From Alphaproteobacteria bacterium (lineage in GTDB: Bacteria > Pseudomonadota > Alphaproteobacteria > SHVZ01), in assembly GCA_016869375.1 (NCBI GenBank), contig VGEH01000006.1, positions 1-59,539 of the forward strand: a stretch of 59,539 bases of DNA, given 5' to 3'. The translations under genes and the position numbers were made by a program. Below, in pieces: positions 48,814-58,064 of the stretch (positions are counted from its first letter, which is position 1; each line of letters starts with the position of its first letter). The notes under the pieces were generated by a model. It saw only the letters and a program-made list of their open reading frames with translations. It searched no databases and was not told the DNA's origin.

Positions 48814-49242
48814 GTGGTTTCGAAGATCGAGGATCTCTGCGTCAAGAAGGGCCTCAGGATGACCGAGCAGCGCCGCGTGATTGCACGCGTGCTGTCCGAA
48901 GCCAATGACCATCCGGATGTGGAGCAGGTGCATCGCCGCGCTGCCGAGATCGATCCGCGCATCTCGATCGCTACCGTCTATCGCACCGTCAGGCTGTTCG
49001 AAGAGGCAAGCATCCTCGAGCGGCACGATTTCGGCGACGGGCGCGCGCGCTACGAGGAAGTCCCCGAGGCGCACCACGATCACCTGATCGATGTCGAATC
49101 GGGCAAGGTCATCGAGTTCCGCAACGAGCAGGTCGAGAAGCTGCAGCGCGAGATCGCGGAGAAGCTCGGCTTCAAGCTCGTCGATCATCGCCTCGAACTC
49201 TTTGGCGTGCCGATCGGCAAGGACCGGAAGAACCGCGGATAA
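48814..49242 (+). CDS. fur: Fur family transcriptional regulator
   Basis: GLRMTEQR, ATVYRT and HHDHLID. Confidence 0.9.
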   Translation: MVSKIEDLCVKKGLRMTEQRRVIARVLSEANDHPDVEQVHRRAAEIDPRISIATVYRTVRLFEEASILERHDFGDGRARYEEVPEAHHDHLIDVESGKVIEFRNEQVEKLQREIAEKLGFKLVDHRLELFGVPIGKDRKNRG

Positions 49243-49316
49243 GCGCGGCGACATTTTTGTGACACCGTATTGTCACATGCCCGGTCTACAGACATGCTGA
49301 CTGGGAGGCTTGAGCC

Positions 49317-50180
49317 ATGACCGCACATGATCTGAGGTCCAGCACGATGCAGCATCCGCCGGTCGCGGCCGGGATGCCGATCTTCGATGCGGCGAACGAG
49401 TTCGAGGCGGTCCGCCAGGGCGACCTCGAGGTCAGGCTCGCGCGCAGCGAGGCCGAGGTGCGTGCCGCGCAGCGCCTGCGCTATCGGATCTTCTATGACG
49501 AGATGTCGGCGCGTCCGACCGCGGAGATGCTGAGCGCGGGGCGCGACTTCGACGATTTCGACCTTGTCTGCGACCACCTGCTGGTCATCGACCTGAAATC
49601 CGGGGAGGTCGTCGGTACCTATCGCCTGATCCGACGCTCGGCGGCGATGCGGCATGGCCGCTTCTACTCCGCCGACGAATACGACATCGCGCCGCTGCTG
49701 TCGCATCCGGGCGAGATCCTCGAGCTTGGGCGTTCCTGCGTCGCCGAAGGCTATAGCACGCGCTTGGCGATGCAGCTTCTATGGCGCGGCATCGCGGCCT
49801 ATGTCTTCCGTCACGAGATCGGGCTGATGTTCGGCTGCGCCAGCCTGCCCGGCACCGATGTCGGCGCGGTCAAGCTGCCGCTTTCCTATCTCCACCACCA
49901 CCATCTGGCGCCGCCGGAGCTGCGGCCGCGTGCGGTCGCGGAGCGTCATGTCGAGATGGCCCTGATGACGAAGGACGAGATCGACGTGCATCGCGCGCTG
50001 GCCGAGATGCCGCCGCTGATCAAAGGCTATCTTCGGCTCGGGGGCTTCGTCGGCGATGGCGCGGTGATAGACCATCAGTTCAACACGACCGATGTCTGCA
50101 TCATCGTGAAGACCGATCTGGTCACCGCCAAGTACTACCGTCATTACGAGCGCTCGGCGCGCGACTCTGCCGAGGCATAG
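49317..50180 (+). CDS. olsB: Ornithine N-acyltransferase OlsB-like (GNAT)
   Basis: AQRLRYRIF, D.DDFD..CDHL, GTYRL, ELGRSCV and PPLIKGYLRLG. Confidence 0.85.
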   Translation: MTAHDLRSSTMQHPPVAAGMPIFDAANEFEAVRQGDLEVRLARSEAEVRAAQRLRYRIFYDEMSARPTAEMLSAGRDFDDFDLVCDHLLVIDLKSGEVVGTYRLIRRSAAMRHGRFYSADEYDIAPLLSHPGEILELGRSCVAEGYSTRLAMQLLWRGIAAYVFRHEIGLMFGCASLPGTDVGAVKLPLSYLHHHHLAPPELRPRAVAERHVEMALMTKDEIDVHRALAEMPPLIKGYLRLGGFVGDGAVIDHQFNTTDVCIIVKTDLVTAKYYRHYERSARDSAEA

Positions 50181-50185
50181 CCGGC

Positions 50186-50965
50186 GTGCGGATCGGTTCG
50201 ACCTGGGTCGCCTCGCTCCGGCTTCTGCTCTACCTGGGCTGGACCGCGATGCTGCTGCCCGTGCAGATCGCGGCGGTCTCGATCCCCGGCCGCTTCAAGG
50301 AAAGGTTTCCGCGCTTCTATCATCGAAGCCTGTGGCGGCCGATCGGGCTCGATGTTCGCGTCAGCGGCGTGCCGAACCTCGATCGTCCGACGCTCTTTGT
50401 CGTCAATCACACCAGCTATCTGGACATCACGGTGCTCGGCGGGCTGATCGAGGGCTGCTTCGTCGCCAAGCGCGAGGTCGCCGGCTGGCCCTTGTTCGGC
50501 CTGCTCGCCAAGCTTCAGCGGACCGCTTTCGTCGAGCGCCGGCGCGGCGCCACGGCGGTCGAGCGCGACCACATCTCGCGCCGCCTCGCGGACGGCGACA
50601 ACCTCATCCTCTTTCCGGAAGGCACCAGCAATGACGGTAACCGCGTCCTGCCGTTCAAGAGCGCGCTCTTCGCCGCGCTGGACGCGGCACAGGGATTGCC
50701 GATCCAGCCGGTATCGATCAGCTATACGCGCCTCGACGGCATGCCTCTCGGGCGTGCGCTCCGGCCCTTCGTCGCCTGGTACGGCGACATGGACCTGGCG
50801 CCGCATCTCTTCAGGTTCCTGGGCCTCGGGCGGATGACGGTGGACGTCACCTTTCATCCGACGATGCGCGCCGCCGATTTCCCCTCGCGGAAGGATCTGG
50901 CGCGCCGCTGCCAGCAGGTCGTGGCCGGCGGCGTCGCCGGCGCGCTGACTGGCCGCGCGGCCTAG
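50186..50965 (+). CDS. olsA: Lysophospholipid/lyso-ornithine lipid acyltransferase (OlsA/PlsC-like)
   Basis: NHTSYLD, FVAK.EV and FPEGTS. It is adjacent to olsB. Confidence 0.8.
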   Translation: MRIGSTWVASLRLLLYLGWTAMLLPVQIAAVSIPGRFKERFPRFYHRSLWRPIGLDVRVSGVPNLDRPTLFVVNHTSYLDITVLGGLIEGCFVAKREVAGWPLFGLLAKLQRTAFVERRRGATAVERDHISRRLADGDNLILFPEGTSNDGNRVLPFKSALFAALDAAQGLPIQPVSISYTRLDGMPLGRALRPFVAWYGDMDLAPHLFRFLGLGRMTVDVTFHPTMRAADFPSRKDLARRCQQVVAGGVAGALTGRAA

Positions 50966-53382
50966 TAGAGGCCGCTGCCCGAAGCGGGAGAGCGTGTCGG
51001 TAGGGGGGCGCCGGTGCCGCTGACGCCGAGGCTTCCGGCTTCGCTTTCGTCGGCGACGTCGGAGGTCATCGGCTCGCTGCCCGGGCGGAAGGCGTCCATG
51101 ATCACCTTGTCGCCCGGCCGCGCCAGGCGGCCCGTCTCCGGGTTCGTGCGCACCAGGCGGATGCCCTGCGGAATGCGGAACGGCGTCTTCGGCGTGTCCT
51201 TGAGGGCCTCGCCCATGAAGTCCTTGAAGATCGGCACGCAGATCGACGATCCGGTCTCGCGGTCTCCGAGGCTCTTCGGCTGGTCGAAGCCCACGAACAC
51301 GCCGACGGCGAGATCGGGAGAGAAGCCCATGAACCAGGTATCGTTGGCGTCGTTGCTGGTGCCGGTCTTGCCGGCGAGCGGACGGCCGAGCTCGCGGATG
51401 CTGACGCCTGTCCCGCGCTCGACGACGCCCTGCAGCATCGAGACCATCTGATAGGCGGTGACCGGGTCCTCGATCTGCGGGCGGAGGTCCGGAATGATCG
51501 GCGCCGCCTGGCTCTGATAGGCGATGCCGCCGCAGCCCTGGCACGGGCGCTGATCGTGGCGATAGAGCGTCTTGCCGTTCCGATCGTCGATGCGGTCGAT
51601 GAGCGTCGGCGTGATCTTCTTTCCGCCGTTGACGATCATGCCGTAGGCGGCGGTGTGTCGAAGTACGGTCGTCTCGCCGGCGCCCAGCACCATCGACATG
51701 TGGCGCGGCAGGTTCGGGTGGATACCGAAGGCGGCGGCGTAGTCGGCGATACGATTGATGCCGACGTCGACGCCGATCCGGACGGTCATCTGGTTGCGGC
51801 TTTTCTCGATGCCGACGCGAAGCGGCACTGGACCCAGAGAGTCGCCCGCGTAATTCTTCGGCGTCCAGTTGGGCAGGCCGGGGCCTTGCGGCAGCGAGAT
51901 CGGGCCGTCAACGACGACGGTCGAAGGCGTGTAGCCCTTGTCCAGAGCGGCCATATAGACGAAAGGCTTGAAGGACGAGCCGGGCTGACGCATCGCCTGC
52001 GTCGCACGGTTGAACTGGCTCGCCTCGAAGGACCAGCCGCCGGCCATCGCAAGCACGCGGCCAGTGTGCGGGTCGAGCGCGACCAGCGCGCCGCTGACGG
52101 CAGGTACCTGCCTCAGCGCGAATGTGTTGTTGCCGATCGCCTCCGCGAGGACGACGTCACCGGCTTTCACTACCTGATCCACGCGCTCGATCGGCGGGCC
52201 GAGCTTCTGCTCCGGCTTGTTCTCGCGCGCCCAGCGCAGTTCTGAGAGCGGGATGCGGCCCTTCTCGCCGTCGGCGAAGCCGACATGCGCGATCTCCCGG
52301 TCGGTCGAGAGCACGAGAGCCATGCGCCAATCGGTGGTGCCGGCCGGCGCCGGGATCAGGGCGAGGCGCTGCTCCCATCCGGCCCCGGTGCCGATGCGGT
52401 CGACCGGACCACGCCAGCCATGCCGCCGGTCATAGGCGATCAGGCCGTTCCGCAAGGCGCGGTCGGCGACCGTCTGAAGCCGCGGATCGAGCGTGGTGCG
52501 AACCGAGAGGCCGCCGCCATAGGTCATCTTCTCGCCGTACTTCGCCACGAGCTCGCGGCGAACCTCTTCGGCGAAGTAGTCGGCACCGCGCACGAGCTCC
52601 TGCTCGTCGCGGCGGCGCACCTGGAGCGGCTCTGTCTTGGCTTGCGCGGCCTCGTCAGCGCGCACGTAACCGGCCTCGACCATCTGGTCGAGCACCCAGT
52701 CGCGCCGGATCTGCGCCGCCTCGAGATTGCGAAGCGGGTTATACCGGTTGGGGGCCTTAGGAAGCGCCGCGAGATAGGCGGCTTCCGCCAGCGTCAGGTC
52801 GTCCAGCGACTTGTCGAAGTAGTTGAGCGCCGCGGCGCCGACGCCATAGGCGCGGAAGCCGAGATTGATCTCGTTGAGATAGAGCTCGAGGATCCGGTCC
52901 TTGGTCAGCACCTGCTCGATGCGGAAGGAGAGGATCGCCTCCTTGACCTTGCGGTCGAGCGACACCTCGTCTGTCAGGAGGAAGTTGCGTGCGACCTGCT
53001 GGGTGATCGTGGACGCGCCGATCGGCCGCCGGTTCGGATTGTTGGCGAGCAGCTTCACGTTCTGGACGACGGCGCGGGCCATCGCGAGGAAGTCGATGCC
53101 GGGATGGCTGTAGAAGTTTTTGTCTTCCGCGGCGAGGAACGCCTTCACCACGCGCCGCGGGATCGCATCGAGCGGCACGAAGACGCGCTTCTCGGTCGCG
53201 TACTCGGCCATCAGGCGTCCGTCGCCGGCGTGCACGCGCGTCACCACCGCCGGCTCGTAATCGGCGAGCTGGGCGTACTCGGGAAGGCCCTTCCCGAAAT
53301 GCCAAAGAACGTAGAAACTGCCACCGACGGCGGCGATCACCCCGAAAAGCGTGAGGGCGGCGAGAGCAGCGACGAAGCGCAT
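50962..53382 (-). CDS. mrcA: Penicillin-binding protein 1A
   Basis: Transglycosylase motifs EDKNF..H.G and GASTITQQ. Transpeptidase motifs SSFK, SRN and KTG. Confidence 0.95.
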   Translation of the reverse strand: MRFVAALAALTLFGVIAAVGGSFYVLWHFGKGLPEYAQLADYEPAVVTRVHAGDGRLMAEYATEKRVFVPLDAIPRRVVKAFLAAEDKNFYSHPGIDFLAMARAVVQNVKLLANNPNRRPIGASTITQQVARNFLLTDEVSLDRKVKEAILSFRIEQVLTKDRILELYLNEINLGFRAYGVGAAALNYFDKSLDDLTLAEAAYLAALPKAPNRYNPLRNLEAAQIRRDWVLDQMVEAGYVRADEAAQAKTEPLQVRRRDEQELVRGADYFAEEVRRELVAKYGEKMTYGGGLSVRTTLDPRLQTVADRALRNGLIAYDRRHGWRGPVDRIGTGAGWEQRLALIPAPAGTTDWRMALVLSTDREIAHVGFADGEKGRIPLSELRWARENKPEQKLGPPIERVDQVVKAGDVVLAEAIGNNTFALRQVPAVSGALVALDPHTGRVLAMAGGWSFEASQFNRATQAMRQPGSSFKPFVYMAALDKGYTPSTVVVDGPISLPQGPGLPNWTPKNYAGDSLGPVPLRVGIEKSRNQMTVRIGVDVGINRIADYAAAFGIHPNLPRHMSMVLGAGETTVLRHTAAYGMIVNGGKKITPTLIDRIDDRNGKTLYRHDQRPCQGCGGIAYQSQAAPIIPDLRPQIEDPVTAYQMVSMLQGVVERGTGVSIRELGRPLAGKTGTSNDANDTWFMGFSPDLAVGVFVGFDQPKSLGDRETGSSICVPIFKDFMGEALKDTPKTPFRIPQGIRLVRTNPETGRLARPGDKVIMDAFRPGSEPMTSDVADESEAGSLGVSGTGAPLPTRSPASGSGLY

Positions 53383-53534
53383 GGCCGGAGAGGCACCTGG
53401 GGACGTTAAGAAATGAACCGCCTCGGGCAAAGTTCGTTCCCGATTGCGGCCGGATCAAGGCATTCTTCTGTGATTGCGACGGCTATGGCGGGGCGTTGCG
53501 AGGCGGCCACACCCAGCGGTGGATAATTGGGCCC

Positions 53535-54746
53535 CTAACCGGCGCGGGCGGCGCCGGGTCGCGACTTGAAGAAGCTGTCGAGCGCGCGGAGCACAGCCTG
53601 GCCCAGCTTCCGGCGGTGGGCAGGCTGCGCCAGAAGCTGAGTGTCCTGCCGGTTGGACAGGTAGCCAAGCTCGATCAGCGCGGAAGGCACGTCCGGCGCC
53701 TTCAGCACGGCGAAGCCGGCGAAGCGATGGCCGTTTCTTGGCATCTGCACGTCGCGCGACAACTCCTGCACCAGGTGGCCGGCCAGGCGCGCCGACAGAT
53801 TCATGGTCTCGCGCTGCGCCAGGTCGATCAGGATGCTGGCGACCTCGGGCGCCTCGTCCCTCAGATCGACGCCGGCGATCAGGTCCGACTTGTTCTCGCG
53901 CTGGGCGAGCGCCTCCGCCTCGGCGTCCGAGGCCTTATCGGACAGCGTATAGACCGTCATGCCGCGGAAGCTCGCATCGCCGAGGGCATCCGCGTGCAGC
54001 GACAGGAAGATCTCGCCCTTGGACGAGCGCGCGATCTGGATACGCTCGCGGAGCCGGACGAAGCTGTCGTCGCTCCGCGTGAGGACGACGTGATAACGGC
54101 CGCTCGCCTCCAGCGCGCGCTTGAGATCCTGGGCGATCTCGAGCGTCAGTGTCTTCTCGCGTACCCCGCCGACGCCGGTCGTGCCCGGGTCGATGCCGCC
54201 ATGGCCGGGATCGAGCACGATCGTGCGTCGGCCGTCGGCACGCCTGGGCATCTGGCCGTCCTGAGGCGGCGCGGGCGGCTTCGCCTGGGCCGGCGTCGTG
54301 GTCGCGGGTGTGCCCAGCGCCTGGAGAAAGGCCTCGCGCGTGGTCGGCGCAAGGTCGACCACCAGCCGCCAGCCCTGGCCCTGCCCCGGCTCGATGACCT
54401 GGGCCTGCACAATCTTCATCGGCTGGCGAAGATCGACGACGAGACGCGAGGTGCCGGGCTTGAACAGGCCGTGGCGGAAGCCGGCGATCGGGCCATCGGC
54501 CGGAGTAGGTAGCGCCTCGGCCCAGCGGAAGGAGACCTGCGGCAGGTCGACCACCGCCCGGTATGGGTCGGCCAGCACGAAGCTGTGCGGATCGACCCTC
54601 TGGCTGAGGTCGAGCGTGATGCGAGTCCGTTCCGGGCCACTGACGAAGCCAAGGCGGCTGACCACGATCTGGGCCATGGCGGTGCCTGCCACGAACCAGG
54701 CGAGCACGACCGCCAACGCCCAGACTCGCCACTGATTCGTATACAT
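53535..54746 (-). CDS. amiC: N-acetylmuramoyl-L-alanine amidase (AMIN + Amidase_3)
   Basis: Signal peptide, LDPGHGG.DPG, SLHAD and LIELGYLSN. Confidence 0.9.
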   Translation of the reverse strand: MYTNQWRVWALAVVLAWFVAGTAMAQIVVSRLGFVSGPERTRITLDLSQRVDPHSFVLADPYRAVVDLPQVSFRWAEALPTPADGPIAGFRHGLFKPGTSRLVVDLRQPMKIVQAQVIEPGQGQGWRLVVDLAPTTREAFLQALGTPATTTPAQAKPPAPPQDGQMPRRADGRRTIVLDPGHGGIDPGTTGVGGVREKTLTLEIAQDLKRALEASGRYHVVLTRSDDSFVRLRERIQIARSSKGEIFLSLHADALGDASFRGMTVYTLSDKASDAEAEALAQRENKSDLIAGVDLRDEAPEVASILIDLAQRETMNLSARLAGHLVQELSRDVQMPRNGHRFAGFAVLKAPDVPSALIELGYLSNRQDTQLLAQPAHRRKLGQAVLRALDSFFKSRPGAARAG

Positions 54747-55173
54747 CTTGGGACCGATGCCGACCTGCCCCCCATATACATGGCAGGTTTCCGGGCGAGA
54801 AGGGCCCATGAGGCCTGCCTTCGTGACAAGACCGCCACAAGGTCGTTGTCGCTTGTAGAAAACCGGATTATGTATCGGCCAGCCGGAGGCAGGTGCCGAC
54901 CGCAGACGTGACGCGTCGCGGGGACTCCTGCCGGAGCCGGCCGTAACCATCGTCCGAAGAGGCCCGCAAGGGCCGCCAGTTCACGCTTGATGCAGCGCCC
55001 GACCCAGCTTCCGAGTCTCCACGCCCCGCGCAGCTTGCTGCGGGCGGAGACAGATGGTCGCGAGGGGCCAACCGGGCGGCTGCGTCGCAATCACGCTCAA
55101 ATCCTTATCCGCGGCTTTGGCCGACGCCCGGCACTCGAGCGTCTCGGCTTCCGCCGCGCGGAGATCGCGCCTA

Positions 55174-57990
55174 ATGGCCAAACGCATGCTCATCGACGCG
55201 ACGCACCCGGAAGAGACCCGGGTCGTCGTGCTTTCCGGCAATAGGCTGGAAGACTTTGACTTTGAGACGTCGACCAAGAAGCAGCTCAAAGGGAATATCT
55301 ATCTCGCCAAGGTAACGCGCGTAGAGCCGTCGCTGCAGGCGGCTTTCGTCGACTATGGCGGCAACCGCCACGGCTTCCTCGCCTTCAGCGAGATCCACCC
55401 CGACTACTATCAGATCCCCGTCGCCGATCGCGAACGGCTGCTCGCCGAAATGGCGAAGATCGAGCGCGGCGAGTCGACCGGCAACGGTCAAGAAGGCGGC
55501 CGGCGCGATCGCGATGATCGTCGCGGCCGACGCGGGCGCCATGACCGCCGTCGCGACCGCTCGCGCCAGGGCGGTGAGAAGCCGCCGGTCGACGCGGAAG
55601 CCGCCGCGCAACCGGTGGAAGGGGCAGCAACCGAGTCTGCCCCGCAGAGCGACGAGGCGCCGACCACGGAGGCCGTCGCGGCCATCGAGTCCAGCCAGCC
55701 GTCTGCGACCGAGACCCCTTCCGACAACGCCGTCGAGACCGCGGATCGCGACACACCGACGGAGCCTGGCGCTGCGATCGCCGAAGCCTCAGGGACGGCG
55801 CCCGACGTGCTGTACGACACCGAGCCGGCCGAGGACAGCGAAGAGGCTCCCGCGGCACCAGCGAATGGCGAAGCATTGTCCGAGCCGGATCATGCAGCGG
55901 TCGAGACCGCCGGCGAGAGCCAGGTGGAGATGATCGGCGGTGACGACAACGAAGAACTCGCCCGTCGCCGCCAGCGCCTGCTGCGCAACTACAAGATCCA
56001 GGAAGTCATCAAGCGCCGGCAGATCCTGCTGGTGCAGGTGGTCAAGGAAGAGCGCGGCACCAAGGGCGCGGCGCTGACTACATATCTCTCGCTCGCCGGT
56101 CGCTACTGCGTATTGATGCCGAACACCGCGCGCGGCGGCGGCGTCAGCCGCAAGATCACCAACGCCAGCGACCGCAAGCGCCTCAAGTCGATGATCGACG
56201 AGCTCGACCTGCCGGAGGGCATGGGCCTGATCGTCAGGACCGCCGGCAGCGAGCGCACCAAGACCGAGGTGAAGCGCGACTGCGACTACCTCATCCGGCT
56301 CTGGGACTCGATCCGCGAGACGACGCTGACCTCCACCGCGCCGTGCCTGATCCATGCCGAGGCCGACCTGATCAAGCGCTCGATCCGCGACCTCTATTCG
56401 CGCGACATCGAGGAAGTCCTGGTCGACGGCGAGGAGCAGTACAAGGCCGCCAAAGACTTCATGAAGATGCTGATGCCCTCGCACGCCAAGCGCGTCCAGC
56501 GCTACAAGGCGGATGACGGCCTGCCGCTCTTCCAGAAGTCCCAGGTCGAGTCCCAGCTCGATGCCATGCACTCGCCGATGGTGCCGCTCAAATCAGGTGG
56601 CTCCATCGTCATCAACCAGACCGAGGCGCTGGTCGCGATCGACGTCAACTCGGGCCGCGCCACGCGCGAGCGCCATATCGAGGACACCGCGCTCAAGACC
56701 AACCTCGAAGCCGCCGACGAGGTCGCCCGCCAGCTGCGCCTTCGCGACTTGGCCGGTCTCATCGTCATCGACTTCATCGACATGGAGGATGGCCGGCACA
56801 ACCATCAGGTCGAGCGCCGGCTGAAGGATGCGATGCGCCACGACCGCGCGCGCATCCAGATCGGGCGGATCAGCGCCTTCGGCCTGCTCGAGCTGTCGCG
56901 CCAGCGGCTGCGGCCGAGCCTCGTCGAGGCCTCGACCACGCTCTGCCCGCATTGCGGAGGCACCGGGCATATCCGTTCGACCGAGTCGACCTCGCTGCAC
57001 GTCCTGCGCGCAATCGAGGAGGAGGGGGCCAAGCGCCGCGCCGCCGAGGTCATGGTCTATGTGCCGGCCGGCGTCGCGCTCTACATCCTCAACCACAAGC
57101 GTATGGCGCTCGCCGATATCGAGACGCGCCACGGCATGAAGATCTTCCTTGGCCAGGACGATCAGCTGGTGCCGCCGAATCATCGTATCGAGCGGCTCAA
57201 GATCCGCGATGCGCAGAGCCAGCAGCCGCCGCAGCCCGAGCCGCGTCCCCAGCTGGCCCAGGCACCGGCACTGCCGCCGCCGGCCGATGAGGAGGATGAC
57301 GAGGGCGAAGCGCCGGAGCGGGCTCCGCAGTCCGCCGAGGCCCAGCCCCAGCAGCAGCCGCGTGGCGAGAACGGGGAGGAGCGGGGCGGACGCCGTCGCC
57401 GCCGTCGCCGCCGTCGTCGTGGCGGCGACCGCCCGCACCAGCAGGGCGAGGGTATGCCGCCGGCGGCCGAGCCTAATGCCGAGCCGACGCTTTTCGCGCC
57501 GGACGGCGGCGGCGAGGATGAAGCGGCCGAACTCCCCGAACGAGCCGAGGGTACGGAGCCTCGCGGCCCCGCACCGATGGATGGCGAGGAGGGCGAGGGC
57601 GGTCGCCGCCGCCGCCGCGGCCGCCGTGGCGGACGCCGTCGCGGCCGGCGCGAGGAGGGCGAAGGTCATACGGCCGAAGGCGTGACGCCGCCGGCCGATG
57701 AGTCGATGCCTCCGTCGGCCCCGCCGGTAGCGCCGCCACCGCCGGCACCGGCCTTCCAGCCGCCGGCCTATCAGCCCGCTTATCAGCCGACCTCAGTCGC
57801 CGATCAGGTCCTGTCCGCCTTCGAGCAGCTGGAGACGCAGGAGGCGTCGCCTCGGTCCGCCTCGGCCGCCGAGCGCGCGCCGTCGGCAGCAGAGCCGGTC
57901 AATCCGGTCGACCCGAACCCGCCGGTTCAAGTGATCGGCGGCGATGCCACGGTCACGCCGAAGCGCGGCGGCTGGTGGCGCCGGCGATAG
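55174..57990 (+). CDS. rne: Ribonuclease E
   Basis: GNIYLAKV, IDVNSG, DFIDM and the CPHC Zn-link. The CTD is disordered with Arg patches and ends GGWWRRR. Confidence 0.95.
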   Translation: MAKRMLIDATHPEETRVVVLSGNRLEDFDFETSTKKQLKGNIYLAKVTRVEPSLQAAFVDYGGNRHGFLAFSEIHPDYYQIPVADRERLLAEMAKIERGESTGNGQEGGRRDRDDRRGRRGRHDRRRDRSRQGGEKPPVDAEAAAQPVEGAATESAPQSDEAPTTEAVAAIESSQPSATETPSDNAVETADRDTPTEPGAAIAEASGTAPDVLYDTEPAEDSEEAPAAPANGEALSEPDHAAVETAGESQVEMIGGDDNEELARRRQRLLRNYKIQEVIKRRQILLVQVVKEERGTKGAALTTYLSLAGRYCVLMPNTARGGGVSRKITNASDRKRLKSMIDELDLPEGMGLIVRTAGSERTKTEVKRDCDYLIRLWDSIRETTLTSTAPCLIHAEADLIKRSIRDLYSRDIEEVLVDGEEQYKAAKDFMKMLMPSHAKRVQRYKADDGLPLFQKSQVESQLDAMHSPMVPLKSGGSIVINQTEALVAIDVNSGRATRERHIEDTALKTNLEAADEVARQLRLRDLAGLIVIDFIDMEDGRHNHQVERRLKDAMRHDRARIQIGRISAFGLLELSRQRLRPSLVEASTTLCPHCGGTGHIRSTESTSLHVLRAIEEEGAKRRAAEVMVYVPAGVALYILNHKRMALADIETRHGMKIFLGQDDQLVPPNHRIERLKIRDAQSQQPPQPEPRPQLAQAPALPPPADEEDDEGEAPERAPQSAEAQPQQQPRGENGEERGGRRRRRRRRRRGGDRPHQQGEGMPPAAEPNAEPTLFAPDGGGEDEAAELPERAEGTEPRGPAPMDGEEGEGGRRRRRGRRGGRRRGRREEGEGHTAEGVTPPADESMPPSAPPVAPPPPAPAFQPPAYQPAYQPTSVADQVLSAFEQLETQEASPRSASAAERAPSAAEPVNPVDPNPPVQVIGGDATVTPKRGGWWRRR

Positions 57991-58002
57991 GAACGCTAGC
58001 GT

Positions 58003-58044
58003 GAAAACAAGGAAGGCCTCCGAAACGGAGGCCTTCTTCGTTTT
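58003..58044. terminator. Bidirectional Rho-independent terminator
   Basis: AGGAAGGCCTCCG-AAA-CGGAGGCCTTCTT is flanked by GAAAAC and GTTTT and lies between convergent genes. Confidence 0.85.
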
Positions 58045-58064
58045 GGACGTGTCTGTGAGCGCGT

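Noticed and set aside
57385-57655. (CGC/CGT)n trinucleotide runs
   Set aside because: They encode the known Arg-rich RNA-binding patches of the RNase E C-terminal domain.
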